This document shows positions 1-14,126 of a stretch of 64,000 nt of DNA, in pieces. The notes below the pieces were generated by a model. That model searched no databases, was not told the origin of the DNA, and saw only the letters and a program-made list of their open reading frames with translations. The DNA lies in assembly GCA_951406725.2 (NCBI GenBank), contig OX597832.1:33480001-33544000 (forward strand), given 5' to 3'. The DNA is from Octopus vulgaris. Its lineage: Eukaryota. The position numbers were made by a program, and so were the translations under genes. Within the stretch, counting starts at the first letter, position 1, and the number at the start of each line of letters is the position of its first letter.

Positions 1-1593
1 ATGTCTGTGAAGAAACAAACTCTTGTTCTCATCTCAAGTCTGTATGTCGTACTATGGATGTGGTACTATACACATTGGTCGTGCTGTAGTATTAAGCTAC
101 TATATTAAAGATACATTGAAGATACATTATGGATATTGTAAAATCTAGTCTTACTTCAGACATGTAATGAATGCTAAATAATTTTTTATAAGTTATATCT
201 ATCAACCATAGTCGTGCCTCGCAAGTGAGTATAACCTGACAACATAGACGAAGCTTGAGTTATCTCAGGTCCCTATGCAGTCGAAAAGCAGGCAAAGACA
301 TAAGGAATATTTCCTGTGTAATATCGAGTGTTCCTGCCGGAAGGAGAAAAGTTCGCACCAACACTTGGATGGTACTCGTTCTCAGCTGGGGAGACTGAAG
401 AATCTATATGCGATCTATAAATATCATACAGTACTTCACGCACACACGCTTATGCACGTGTCTATATGTGTGTGTTTGTGCGTCTATGTGTGCGTGTGTA
501 TGTGTGTATGTGTATGTGTATGTGTATGAGTCTCTGTGTGTGCACCTGTGTGTGCGTGTGTCTATGTGTGAGAGAGAGAGAGAGTGTGTGTGTTTGTGCG
601 CGTTTATACCATTTAAAAACATCACTCACACCCTTATGTATGAAAATATATTGCTTCTAAATTTGCCTTTACAGCTCGAAGTATTTTATGCTCGATAATA
701 AATAATTACAAATACTCTACATTGCTGCCGGCTGCTTTATGACGAATACACAGCAGTGCTTCATCCTACAGTTGATGCTTTACGCTATTTAATGACTTCT
801 GATGTGTTCAGAAGAGATAAAAAATCACTTTTACACTTTTATCAACGCTAATACCGTAACGGTTAATACAGAGTACCGTAACTGAAGCGGATTAATACAG
901 TTTCATAGCTTCTCATTACATTTTATTACATATTTTTACAGTTGTTGAATAAATCTTCCGAACAACTGAACTGAAGCAAAATAACAGCAACATATTGCCA
1001 AATGTGTGTGTTTATGAACTTATGAGAATATTACTCGAGAACCTAAACATTGGCGATTCCTAACCTACTTCCCCAGTAAGTCCACCCTATATTATTCCCT
1101 ATAAGAAGGGAACACAGCAGAAATGGAAAGGTAAAACAAACGAAAGTTGGAAGACATTTTCAATAGTCTAATGATTAGTTTTAAATTCCTTAGGATACCA
1201 AACTATTTCATGCGATATTATTTCTGTATTCACTGCATGATGTCAACAATAGTGCCATACCTGGATATTAATGAAAATAAAATACTTGCTTGATTCCTAC
1301 GATTCAGTTTTAAACTTGAAGCAAGAAGGTTGAAGATAGACGGTTGCTACCATACATGTACTACATCGACTTTCCAGACACTGATGGTCAGGAACTTTTT
1401 TAAACAGAATTCATTTTACTAACAAGGAGTTCCAATCTCAATGACCGCCAGAGTATTTCTCTGGGCGATAATCTTTCATAGTACCTTAGAAGAATAAACA
1501 ATTAATACAGTTGCATTGCTCACGCTAACGAACATGTAAGTCTATTTCATATCTTTATCTAATTAAATTACATATATATATATATATATATTA

Positions 1594-2842
1594 TTGGGTT
1601 GGCAACGTCGTTCCCACCGTTTTTTTTAATTTAAATTTTTTTAAATGTTTAATAAAAAATAACAAACTAATTCAACTTTGTTGTTTACAACTTCTTCCCA
1701 ACGTTCGACAAGATTTTCAGTAACTCGTTGGCAGAAATCATCCGATTTCGACTCGAAAAGTTGATCCATCCAAGCTCTCAATTTTGCATCAGTATTGAAC
1801 GAAACTCCACGCATAACATTTGAAAGAGATGGAAAGAGGTGGAAATCCGTTGGTGCCAAATCAAGAGAGTACTGCGAGTGTGGCAGCACTTCCCAGTCAT
1901 GCGTTTGAATGGCTTCCTTAGTCATATTGGCGATATGAGGGCGGGCGATGTCGTGCAGCAGAAGAACTCCATGCTACCGATTAGGTCTTTTCTCTTCAAT
2001 ATGATCGTTCCATCTGTTGAACATAGAATTCCGCGTTGACCATTTGGTTCCGTTCAAGCAATTCGTAATGGATAATCTCTTCTCGGTTCTACTATACACA
2101 CAACATCGTTTTACGCGGATGAAGATCTTGTTACACGCGCGGTGTCTCTTGTTTACCGGGGCTAAGCCATTCCTTACGCTGCTTCATATTGATGTACAGG
2201 CACCATTTTTCGTCGCCAGTAACGATTCGGTAAAGAAATCGTTGCTTGTGTCCATGAGTTGAATGATGACGAGCAAGCAAACCAGCGGAGATTGTGTCTC
2301 GTTGATTTTTGTTGTTGTCACTCAGATCATGCGGAACCCATGCTCCATACTTCTGAACCTTTCCCATCGAGTGAAGATGCTTCTCTATAGCAGTGTGGAA
2401 GCATTCTATTTTCTCTGCCAATCCCCTTGTCGTTTGATGAGAATTTTCGTGTAAAAGTTCGTGTAATCGCTCTTCATCGAGCTCAACTGGACGGCCAAAA
2501 CGAGGTGCGTCTTTGAGATCAAAATTTCCATTTTTGAACTTGGCATACTAATCACGCGTGGCTCTTTCAGCTATGACACCCTCTCCATACACAGCACAAA
2601 TGTCCCGAGCAGCTTTTGCAGCCTTAGAACCTTGATTAAAAGCAAAAAGAAGGAAGTGTCAAAAATGCTCGTTTTTCTTAAATTGACATTCCATTTTAAT
2701 GATTTGAAAATAAACAAAATTTAACTAAAACTAGAAATGATTCAAAAATATAATTCTCGAAAAAATAGATTTCAAAATTTTAAAACGCAATAAATTCCAT
2801 AATTTATATAAAAAAAACGACGGAACTTAGTTGCCAACCCAA
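1594..2842 (-). mobile_element. Full-length (1249 bp) decayed mariner (DD34D) DNA transposon, mellifera-like
   Basis: Imperfect TIRs TTGGGTTGGCAACgtcgttcc (from 1594) and ggaacttaGTTGCCAACCCAA (ends 2842); TA at 1592-93 and 2843-44; transposase remnants inside. Confidence 0.95.
1641..2694 (-). pseudogene. Mariner transposase pseudogene
   Basis: ATG at 2694: MECQFKKNEHF*HFLLFAF...DAPRFGRP...GAWVPHDL...IVTGDEKW...HDIARPH...HSQYSLDLAPTDFHLF. WVPHxL and YSPDLAP-like motifs and D,D,D triad are present, with several stops and a frameshift. Confidence 0.95.
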
Positions 2843-3872
2843 TATTTAGAGATAACCAAATCGTGGTTGGGAAGAAATGGAAAACCCTGAGAGATTTTTG
2901 AAATAAATATTTCTAAAAATAGATAATGTAGTTGTATCTATAAAAATGCTTTATATCATCGTATTTATTTCACATGGGAAAAACTAAATCAATGAAATGC
3001 AGCTTCCATGAGCACTGCCTTTCACAGGATTCGAAACACTATGCTTTATACATCAACGGAGAATTTGATAATTATGCAGCAACAGTTAGAAGTTATGATA
3101 GCAATAACACGCAGTTATTAACATCTACTTGTTTCTGAACATGAACAAAGTTTCTTGTGTTACTCATCCTTAATGAAGTTACGAATAAAATAGAATATTT
3201 AACAAGTTTCCTTTTTACATTTTTATATTATCTCACCTAAAATTTCAAATTCATAGCCATTTTTATAACTGAAAGATGCCACTTTATTGTTATCGCATCG
3301 ATAATGAAAATTAATTACTGCACGAAGAAAACATTTCGTCCAATCATATTGAAGCATATTGCTTAATTAACAAATAGAGCATCGAGTTCTTTACCGTTTA
3401 TTTCTAAACATTATTGGACGAACGGAGAACATTAGCAACTATTATCTTCAGGTGTTTCAAATTACACTGTTTTTAAAATAATGATCCCAATAAGCTTATA
3501 TACGAATGTGTGTGTAGAAAGATATGTACACGTATGTATTTATGAATGCATTTATGTTTCATGTACGTATGTATGAATGTGTATGTATATACACAAATGT
3601 ATTATGCATGTATATACACATATGTATGCATACACATTTATATATGTGTGTGTACAGATAAGAATCTGTAAATATGTCTATGTGTATATGTAAAAATTAT
3701 ATATATATATATACATCTGTATGTATATGCATCTGTTTGTGGGCATATATACATATACATATGTGCGCATGTATACATATGTGCGTGTGTGAGGTGTGTC
3801 TATATATACACATATATATATGTGTGTATGTATATACGAATATATGTGTGTATACATATATGTATATCTTTA

Positions 3873-3929
<57 letters not shown>

Positions 3930-4999
3930 TTGTGTGTGTGTGCGTGTATGTGTGTGTGCGCGCGTGTATGTGTGTGTGTGAGTTTGTGTTGAAACAAAAT
4001 ATAAGAATTCAATTATGCTTCATCTTTTCACCATTTCAAATTTTGCAACATTTCCATGAAGAACATTAGAAATAGAATAAAAAAAGATAACAGAAGCAAT
4101 ACAAACAAACACCGGAGAAGAAAACTCAAATAACGAACATGACAAAACAGTCATAAATATATTCATTATCGGAATTTTAATTTTTCCCTTTTCAAAATGA
4201 AAAATATAAATATTTAAATAAAACGTAAAGTAATTATCAAATAAAGTGTACGTAGAGTAATAGTTTTTTTTTTTTTAAAGTTAATTTTGTATTTTTATTT
4301 GTTTTAAAGTTTGTGTACTTAATAGTCCCTTCAGAATATATTTACTCCCGTTCTTCTGTTTATTTATTTATTTTTTTGGACTTTGAATTTTTTTGTTTTC
4401 TTTTGTCCACGTTGTTGTTGTTGTTGTTAGGTGTTCATTGTTTTGTTTATTGCTGGTTTTTACGAATTTGGTGTGAAATTTTGCAACTCCCAGTAGCACT
4501 TAAACATTAACGTATATATGTGTATATATCTATGTGTGTGCATGTTCGTGCGTGTGAATGTGTGGGTGTGTGTGGGGGGGTGTCTGTGTATATGCGTGTA
4601 TATACATATATATTTATATATAACTATGCAGATACATGTATGCACTTATGTCTATATATCTATTTATCTATCTATATGTATGTGTGTGTGTGTGGTTATA
4701 TTTTATGTGTTCGTCTTTAAAGTATCTAACCAGTCGGTTTTATGCTTTATGTATTTGTGCATGTATATATGTATAAATGGATGAGATTACGTATGCATGC
4801 ATTATAAAAAATCAAGTTATTGTTGTTCTTTATACACCAACGGATCGGAAAATTAAGTAGTTATTCTGCCTGGTGGGGTTTTAGAGGAACAAATCGATCA
4901 CATTATATTACTTAATCACACAAGTTTTCTGTCCTTACCTTTCATCTTCAGTACCGCTCAAGTCTATGAATGGTTCGTCTCTCTTTCAGAATGATGATG

Positions 5000-6595
5000 G
5001 CATCACAAAATATTGGACTCAGCCCTTCAAAGATCATTTATTTTATACAATCCCTCAGCTAATGAGGAAAAGAATATCAATAACCTGCCTCAAAATGATA
5101 TTGTCACTGGAAAAAGATTAAGGAAATTAATCTTGAATAGACTCCGGGTAATGATAGTTTTGAAATCTTCATCTCTGGGTGTGTCATACTTGCTGTAGAG
5201 ATCCATCATCGAATGTCAGACGTTTGGCCGGGAACTCCTGTCCCCATACACTGGCTTGATGTGATTATAATTTCGTACTTCTAAAGAAAATGGATCTAAA
5301 TAACTGTGCAGAAATTACAGAGGAATAAACTTAATTAAAGCTGTTGGTGAGGTTTTTACAAAAAAAAAAGATATGTCCCTCTGTTATCCCGGAAAGTCAA
5401 TGGAATTTTAAATCCGGCCTTGGTACAATGGATATGAATTTGTCTGCAAGTCAACTCCATGAGATATGCATCAGTCATTGCATAGCTCTTTAAAGTCTTT
5501 GTCGATTTAAAAGAAGCCTTCCACACTTTTAATAGGACTGCTCTCTGGAATATTCTGTGAAAATTTGAACATCCACTCCAAAATTTGACAACTTGTTTTA
5601 CGTTCAAAATTTTCTTTGCAGAATTAATTTCCATCGATAATGGCGTTCAACAGGGTGATATTTCTGCCCCAAAAATGTATCGACGACTTTTGTCGAAATA
5701 TTTCGCTTATAAATCCATCGATCGCTCTCCTACACAGTTAAGGTTGTCGATGTAATGCAGCTAAACACAAAATTGAACATTTGACAGGTCCTTGTTTGTG
5801 AGTACCTTTACGTTGATTGATGTTCTCGTTGTTCACAAAGAAGTCATGCTGCATGCGGACAATAATGGCTCTCTTCTCTGGAGCATGGACTGTTTTTTGA
5901 CTTACCATTAGTCTGAAAAAGAGAAACGATATGTTCTCTCAGCCACCATGCCAGTCCTATATCGAACCTAGTCTGAAAAAGAGAAACGATATGTTCTCTC
6001 AGCCACCATGCCAGTCCTATATCGAACCTAGCATCTTCGTCCAATGTACAAGACAGAGTATTCTTGAGTTTTCACCAACCTTGTCAGCATTGTTTCTACA
6101 GTTGGATTTCTCGACTTTAAATTAAATATGATGATCGAAGAAGCTGGCTAAATATTTGGAAGGCTTGAAAACTGTGTGTGGTCTGACAGACAGTTGACCA
6201 TGAAAGTTAAGCTCAGCATTTACGAATAATGCGTCTTCACTTCCCTTTAATATCTTCTGAACTTGGACTAAACACCGTTGTCACACCAAGGCATTGGTAA
6301 GATTTCCTCGAACTTGCGTTAAGAGGATCTTAAACATTAAGTGGTACGTTCTAACTCAAGATATTGTTGTTTTTCAGCAAACCAACACATCCAGTTTTAA
6401 TGCTCCTCTTTCTTATTAGGATGACGGATGACAGAATACCTAGGCAGTTGTTTCACGGGGAATTACGAAGTGATAAATATCGGAGATATAATCTTTAAAA
6501 ATATGTTTAAGAATGCATTAAAAAATAAGTATCTCAGAGTGAATAATTAAGACTGGGACCAGGTAATGGAAAATAGATTGGTTTTGGAAAGAAGT
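5000..6595 (+). mobile_element. Highly decayed RTE-clade LINE (RT region); boundaries approximate
   Basis: Frame fragments CRNYRGINL (~5306), VIPESQ..FKSGLGTMDM, VFVDLKEAFHTFNRTALWNIL, NGVQQG..SAP, LTISLKK..QPPCQSYIEPSIFV, RMTDDRIPRQLFHGEL (~6420) match RTE ORF2 motifs. Confidence 0.85.
5909..6031. repeat. Perfect 60-bp tandem duplication inside the RTE relic
   Basis: tagtctgaaaaagagaaacgatatgttctctcagccaccatgccagtcctatatcgaacc x2, followed by tag. Confidence 0.97.
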
Positions 6596-6651
6596 GACCC
6601 ACAACTCACACATACATACATCTATATATACATGTACACAAACATACATAA

Positions 6652-6709
<58 letters not shown>

Positions 6710-9700
6710 GGTGATTCAAAAGTCACCATACATGTGTATGTATGTATGTGTGTATGTATGTATATACACACACACACACACATCAGAACATAACAGTTCC
6801 TTTGCTGAAACGCCAACTTGTAATACGAACATTGATAACGATGTTATTTATATTGTCTTCATAGCGATCTCATTAAAAGGTAATGTTTCTCCTCTATTGC
6901 TGAAGCTATCGAAGGTTACTTAAAATTCGCTAAAAATGGAAATGTCACATGATTTATATAACTTTCAATTCTTTATAATTTTAAAAATATACATTGAATA
7001 TTACTAATCTATTTTCCATTTCTTTAAAATATTCTTATGGTCTTTGGCAAAATTCGAGAGAAAACTTTGTAAAGCATAGATTATATTTTAAGAAAAATAT
7101 GAATCAAGATGAATCTAGTATAAAATTATATATAACTTAATTACTTGTGTGTGTGTGTGTGTGTGGATATTTACGTTTACATTTCTATGAGTATTTTGGA
7201 GGTAGAAAGACAAGTTAACAGTGAATAAGTAGAGCGTCCGTTGATATTTAGAAATATTATTAATTATCGCGATTCGTTTGGAACCATAAATGCTGTCCGG
7301 AAATCTTTCGCGCTTTCGTCTACACAGGAAAATGCGTAAACGCCTCGTCTGTTTACGTACAAAAACATGTGGTGCGTTCATATATCTGTTATAATACGTA
7401 TTAAATGGTTAGAAGCAAGGAAGACAAGTATAACTAATGAAGTTTTGGTGCTGATAAATTATGTGACAAATTTTCAGTCCATATCAAACTTATTATATGG
7501 GGAAAATAAAATTATTTTAAACTTTTTCCATCGGGGAAATCCTGAATAAATAATGGTGGTAATTTTTCTAAGCATTTACCAAACATTTGAATGTTCCTCC
7601 TTTACATATTTTTATAGATCACATTTTTCGACATCCATGTCTGAACTAATAATATCCGTATTTTCCTTACACTGGAATCAATGACAGAGTTCATTCCACG
7701 TAGTATGGTGTAAGTATCTATTTATGCATAAGTATGAAATGGAATATCTATATTACATTAGAAATGAACATCAGGCATGTTTGCTTGCTTGCAATGTTAC
7801 ACGGCCAAATCGGCGCATAATGGGAAAATACTTCGAAAGTAAATTGCCCCCGAAATATTAATACAAATGGAACAAAACAAGTTTCGCGTAAATCGGACCA
7901 CCGGTTATTTAGATATTCTGGGTTTTGAGGGGTATACATACCAAAAACGGTGCATTGTGGGACAATACTCCAAAAATAACTCATATTGAAAGGGAAGAAA
8001 CTATAACCATTCCATTAGACACATTACGATGAGAGGGAACCATCTTTCTATCTCGGAAAGACGTTAAATTGTGTTCCAGCATTTTGTCATTTGCAACAAA
8101 ATATCGAATGATGTGAATTCTTGCAGAAATATCAACTGTTATTTAGTAACGATTTTCATCTTGACAATTGTATAAAAGAGTATTTTTTCCTGACCGACGA
8201 CGTCCCAATACAATGAAAATATGAATAAATACATTAATACATATAAATTCACCGACCCTACGACGCCATTATCAATGTCCAATCTCCTTGTCACAAGTGT
8301 CCTAAATCTAAGTTGTTTTTTCTTTAGATCCGCGTGAACCTCCGTTAATTTACATTCTTTGTAAACGTGCATCTGATTTATTCCATCATCATAAATTCCT
8401 ATTTTCTCTAACACATTATCCAGTCATTCCATTTTATTACCGTGTGGTTTAAGAAAAATGAAGCTTATGTTTCTGGCGAGTTGAGTGATTCTATAAAAAG
8501 CTCTTTCACTTATTTCATAGCATTCTTGTTGCCTAGGTTTCGGTCAGTCTTGAGCTGACGGGTCTAAAGTCAACGGCGTTCTTACCACAGCTTACATGTA
8601 TATTTATAACATTATATCTACATAATCTAATGTTCTATTCAGCTTTTCAGGCAGTAAATTTTAATTTGAAGAAGATTTTGGGTGTTGTTGAATAGACCGG
8701 TTTATTGCTAAGCAAATGCTGTTTGGGAAAAACAACAGCTTCAATTTCTCATTAGAAAAATAGAGATAAGAGTTTACGGATAAATTCATAATTAATGGAT
8801 AATCCAGATTAATTCGAAGATAATTAATGTAAGCAGGTTTGGTAGGTTATCTGTAAATGAAACTCCTACACACTCACCAAATAATTTATCGTCCATCAAT
8901 ACAGAAAAGCAGTTGTGTTATTGTTTCGGAGTTTCTATTGCCGACGGCGCTCCAGCCATGATTAGTTCGTGTATTTGTAAGTCGAGGAGTCCAATATGTC
9001 TACCCCTGATTGTTACAGCATAATACTATTTAAGAGAGATTCAGTTGATGGTTTTAAGGAAAAGAACGGCTTTTAATCTGCCAACCAGTTAAACACCACC
9101 ATCTGGCCCAGTGCGTGGGAGTATTTTTCGGAGCATGTTTCGGTAGAGACCTTTAGATCGGTAGCCATTCTGAAGATTTCATAATTCCGTTTGTATCCAG
9201 CCATTTTCAGATGTCCTTTAAAACGATGTTAGTGCCGATGGCGCCATACAAATAATAAACAACTGTTATCAATTATAAATTGATTCCCATCCATAAATCA
9301 GAAGAGAAAAAAAAAAACAGAGAAGCGAACGGAAAAATTACTAAAACCAAAATATAAAAAAAAATTAATATTTGTCCGCCGATGCAAAGGAATGAAACGG
9401 GAAACTTTGAGGAAAGTCTAAAATAAGAAAGAATTTTGAGCCAAATAAAAACACGATAAAATACAAGATTTAATTATCTTTCTGGAAATATAATCCTTAT
9501 ATTGGATTGCAAAATACAATTCTACGTCAAGGATTTATTGTTTTACAGTGAATAATTCTGTTTTTAAGATAAGAAAAGAAGAAAAATCAAATATGAGTAT
9601 GGGTACTACAAACGAGATAGAGATGAAGAGCGACAGAAATATTCAGTGAAAGATAGAAATATAGAAGAAATAGGTAGATAGATAGAAAGTTACAGAGAAA

Positions 9701-10670
9701 CAGATAGAAATAGACGAGAGAGAGAAATAACTAGAAAGATATGCTGAGACACAAAGAGAAAGGTAAATAGCTGGACAAGGACTGAGAAGAAATGATAAGG
9801 GATACGGATATAAATAGAAGAGGAATAATAGGGTTTGAAAGAGGGTTTGGAAGCGATTGTTAAGAAGGAGAGATGTAATGTAACTGAGATAAAGCAAAAT
9901 GGATAGCAACAGATATTTAGTAGGAATGAGAGGGGAGACAGTGATCGTGCTTCAGAGCGATAAAGGGGAAAAGATAGAGAGAGAATGGGAGAGTGATGAG
10001 CGAGAGGAAAGTCAATAAAAGAAGAAACCGTCGATAAAAAAATAAGACACATAAATAAACAACTATAATAAAACAAAAAGTAAATACTGAATAAAATGAA
10101 TGAATCAATCAAATAAATAACAAGAGATAAGAATTAACAAGATACAATTAAACAACAACTCTAACAAGATTTAGTAAAAATGAAAGAAATTGAGAAGGAA
10201 AAGATGTAAAAAAAAAGGAAAAATAAAGACAGTGAAGCAGGTTAACTAAGAATGTACTAATTACCATAAAACATCGAAGAACTACTTAAATTGTCGATAA
10301 TGTTTGATGGCGATTCCTCGTTTGGTTTATTAGCTTCCATCTTTAGTCAGCAAATTGTTTTTGCTTTAGTTTTATTCACGCTGCAGTTTCATTTGATTTA
10401 TCGAATCTTCGTCTCGCAAAGTCGTGTCTTTTCCTAAAAACCTTCTGTTGTTTGCTCTTATTCTTCTTCTTATTTCTTTTCTATCCGTTTTCATGTTCTT
10501 TTCTGGTTTCATTCTTTGCTCTTTCATTCAATAAAACTATTCAGGACAGAAAATTCGATTTCACTACTTTTAGCCATTATTTACTGCTTTTTCCCTTTTT
10601 CTGTCTCTGTTTGCTGTACTTTAACTTCTGAACTGTTAGGTCAACTCCCAAGGCTCCCCAAGGCTATATT

Positions 10671-10760
<90 letters not shown>

Positions 10761-11377
10761 GATATATATATACATAAATATATATATACATAAATATATA
10801 CTCATATATATATATAAGTATGAACAAGTGTATATATATTTGTTAATATACTTATACATAATAATAAGAAGCTTTCAAATACTCATCCGAATATAAATTG
10901 ATAACTCAATAAATTATTTAATTTCCTACACAAAGCAAAATGTTTGACAATAAGTTGGAAGTGTCTGCTTCGCGACGAAGGTGTGTCATTGACTTAGACC
11001 TTACAGCAGGCCAATGATTGCGTGGCACATACTCCTTTTTAAAGGTTAAAATGATTTCACTGAAACAGTGCACAATATTGACACAAATTAGATTAAAAGG
11101 AAAGACCAAAATGAGAGTTTCGAAATTATATTATACATAAATATGAAGGTACAAATATATATCACATAATATGACCTAATTTATCAATTTTTATGATAAC
11201 TATGACCTAATTTTGCTTATCAATTTTTCCAGAGGGAGAAAAGAAAGAGTATCAAGTGTTACGGAGGGAACATATCCATAACATAAAATCGACTTTAAAC
11301 CGTCAATACAGAATAGATATTAGTGTCAGTGTACATATATATATATACATATATATAATATATATATATATATATAG

Positions 11378-12798
11378 ATGTGAAAGTTGGATTGTGAAAG
11401 CACGTGGTTGAATATATAGAAAATAGTAAAAAGTGAAAAAACTACAGAAGGCTTGTTTTAAAAGGTTAAAAAATATATATATGAGTCAATATGTCTGAAG
11501 AATGTTATAAATTGTTTTCTTACAATGACATAGTTTAGAAGAAATGACCGGTTTCGCGTTCAGCTTTTCAAATTTCTTACATCGTTATGTTTACGTTGAG
11601 AAGAGTTATCGTTATGTTTATGTTGAGGAGAGTTCCAGATAAGGGGAGGTAATAAGTGATTTCTTCGGTGTAAGGGAGATAATCGTTTAAAATTGTTTGC
11701 ATTTCTTTTGGAGTGAATTTCTCTGTAAAATTATGTTGGAATGGTTAAGTTTGGGCTTGTATTTTTCAATGAAGAATGTTTCCTTGTTTAGTCTAATTTG
11801 TGTTGGTGTTCCGATAGCACATTGGTAAAATGGGAAGATTAAAAATTGTGGTAGTAGTTGCTTTGCGCATTTCTCAATGTGCTCACTAAAGGGTATCATT
11901 CTGTAATCTGTTGTCGATGCAGTGTGCATCTACGTCTGAGTGATAGTCCCGTGGACCCCACGTAGTTTTGGTGGCAGCCCAAGAATTTTATGACATAAAT
12001 TGTGTTTTCAGAGGCACAAGTAAAATTAGATTTGATCTTGAATTTCTGTCCCTCTTTGAAGAGGAATTCTGATCCTTCTAGCAGGTTTGGTCATGTTGCA
12101 CAGTTCGGTCTACCACATTTTTTACTTTTGCATCCGTAATTTCAGAAAACAATTTTGCCTTTGTGAGAATCTTTTTAAGTGATTTAGGTTGTTTGTAGCT
12201 TTTAATGATTTGGTGTATGTTTAGAATTTCCTTTAATTTGGGGTCCTTATGAAGTATTGGTAAATTCTGTGTGATGAAGGTGAAGGCTTCTTTGTTTCTG
12301 GGGTTGTATGTGGATATGTAAGGTAGTATTTTCGGGGAAGGTGTGTTGTTGTGTTGAACTTTTCTTAAAGTTTCTATGTTGATTTCTGTTGCACGTCTGA
12401 TCCCATCCTCTATGAGTTGAGCTGGGTAATGTCTGTCAATTAGGGTGTTTTTGAGTTCTTGCAGTCTAAAGTTCCTGGTATTTTGTTCTGACACTATTGT
12501 GCATATCCTTCTTGCAAGGTTGAAGGAGATGTTTGTTTTAGTGTGTCTTGGGTGGGATGAATTAGAAAGAAGGTATTGTTTGGCGTATGTGGCTTTGTAA
12601 AAAATGTCTGTTTCTATTTTAAGGTTAATTTTTTTAATTAGTATATCCAAGAATGGTAGCTCCTTTTGGTTGTATTCCATTGTGAACTGTATATTTGGCT
12701 TTATGCTGTTCAATAGGTTTTTAAATTTTAGGAGTTTATCTGTGTTTTCATTCCAGAGTATAAAACAATCGTCCAGGAATCGTTTCCAATTCTCTTTT
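11378..12798 (-). mobile_element. 5'-truncated Penelope-like element (Neptune-type): RT C-terminus, Cys linker, GIY-YIG endonuclease and 3' pLTR
   Basis: KENWKRFLDDCFILW (RT catalytic motif), LPFLDILI..TDIFYKAT..SSHPRHTKTNISFNLARRICTIVS, CGRPNCAT*P..FTCASENTIYVIKFLGCHQNYVGSTG..RRRCTLH..KETFFIEKYKPKLN; both ends abut (TA)n. Confidence 0.92.
11539..11578 (-). ncRNA. Minimal type I hammerhead ribozyme, U3-A8 core variant, in PLE pLTR
   Basis: Minus strand: AAGAAAU-UUGAAAA-GC ugaac GC-GAAA-CCGG-UC-AUUUCUU; 7-bp stem I, palindromic stem III, GUC cleavage triplet. Confidence 0.8.
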
Positions 12799-12827
12799 AT
12801 GTATTATACATATATAAATATATATAC

Positions 12828-13470
<643 letters not shown>

Positions 13471-13472
13471 TA

Positions 13473-13694
13473 TCAAAATGGATATGACTTACTTAATACA
13501 GATTCGATAGTCCTACCTGTATTTTCTACAACTTTGATTTTAAGACCAGTTGTGCGCAGGATTTTCTTAAATGACCTACTGAATTCGTTCCTAGGGGAAG
13601 CGTCAACAAACATTATACTGCGCAAATTTTTGTTATCATTCAAAGTAATATTTCTATTTCTTTTGCTGGTGTCCCTCTCTAACCTATCCCAGAA
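13473..13694 (-). mobile_element. Third PLE fragment (RT-EN linker, resembling Naiad/Chlamys-type)
   Basis: SIMFVDASPRNEFSRSFKKILRTTGLKIKVVENTGRTIESVLSKSYPF resembles the recalled linker motif LFVpaTP..eL....kikVVEk.G.tl...L..snPF. Confidence 0.6.
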
Positions 13695-13713
13695 CATACA
13701 TACGTACATACAC

Positions 13714-14056
13714 ACGTATAGGCGTGCACGCAAGCATACGCATGTACACATATGTATATGCACATATTTATATGCATAGATACATACACACATACATACA
13801 TACATACATACATACATACATACATACATACATACATACATACATACATACATACATACATACATACGTATAGGCGTGAACGCAAGCATACGCATGTACA
13901 CATATGTATACGCACATATTTATATGCATAGATACATACACACATACATACATACATACGTATAGGTGTACACGCAAGCGTACGCATGTACACATATGCA
14001 TACCCACATATTTATATGCATAGATACGTATATGAATACATACATACATACATACA

Positions 14057-14086
<30 letters not shown>
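13714..14086. repeat. Three-copy composite minisatellite with variable (CATA)n spacers
   Basis: Unit acgtataggcgtgcacgcaagcatacgcatgtacacatatg...atttatatgcatagatac at ~13714, ~13866 and ~13958. Confidence 0.9.
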
Positions 14087-14087
<1 letters not shown>

Positions 14088-14126
14088 CATGAAGTAACTG
14101 TTACTTTCTCAGATGCAGCACGGGAT

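Noticed and set aside
6707-6732. TA-CAGGGTGATTCAAAAGTC, resembling a Tc1/mariner TIR
   Set aside because: No partner TIR or transposase found.
7800-7960. cggcgcataatggg / cggtgcattgtggg, reminiscent of Transib CACAATG ends
   Set aside because: Both are in the same orientation, with no TSD or coding remnant; probably an unclassified repeat fragment.
9074-9205. 43-codon minus ORF (MAGYKRNYEIF...) and a GGU-cucu-ACC-GAAA-CAUG motif
   Set aside because: No recognisable homology or splice signals; no CUGANGA-type box or stem I.
9590-10260. Strongly purine-skewed tract giving hydrophobic minus-strand ORFs
   Set aside because: Decayed GA/GATA microsatellite, not a membrane protein.
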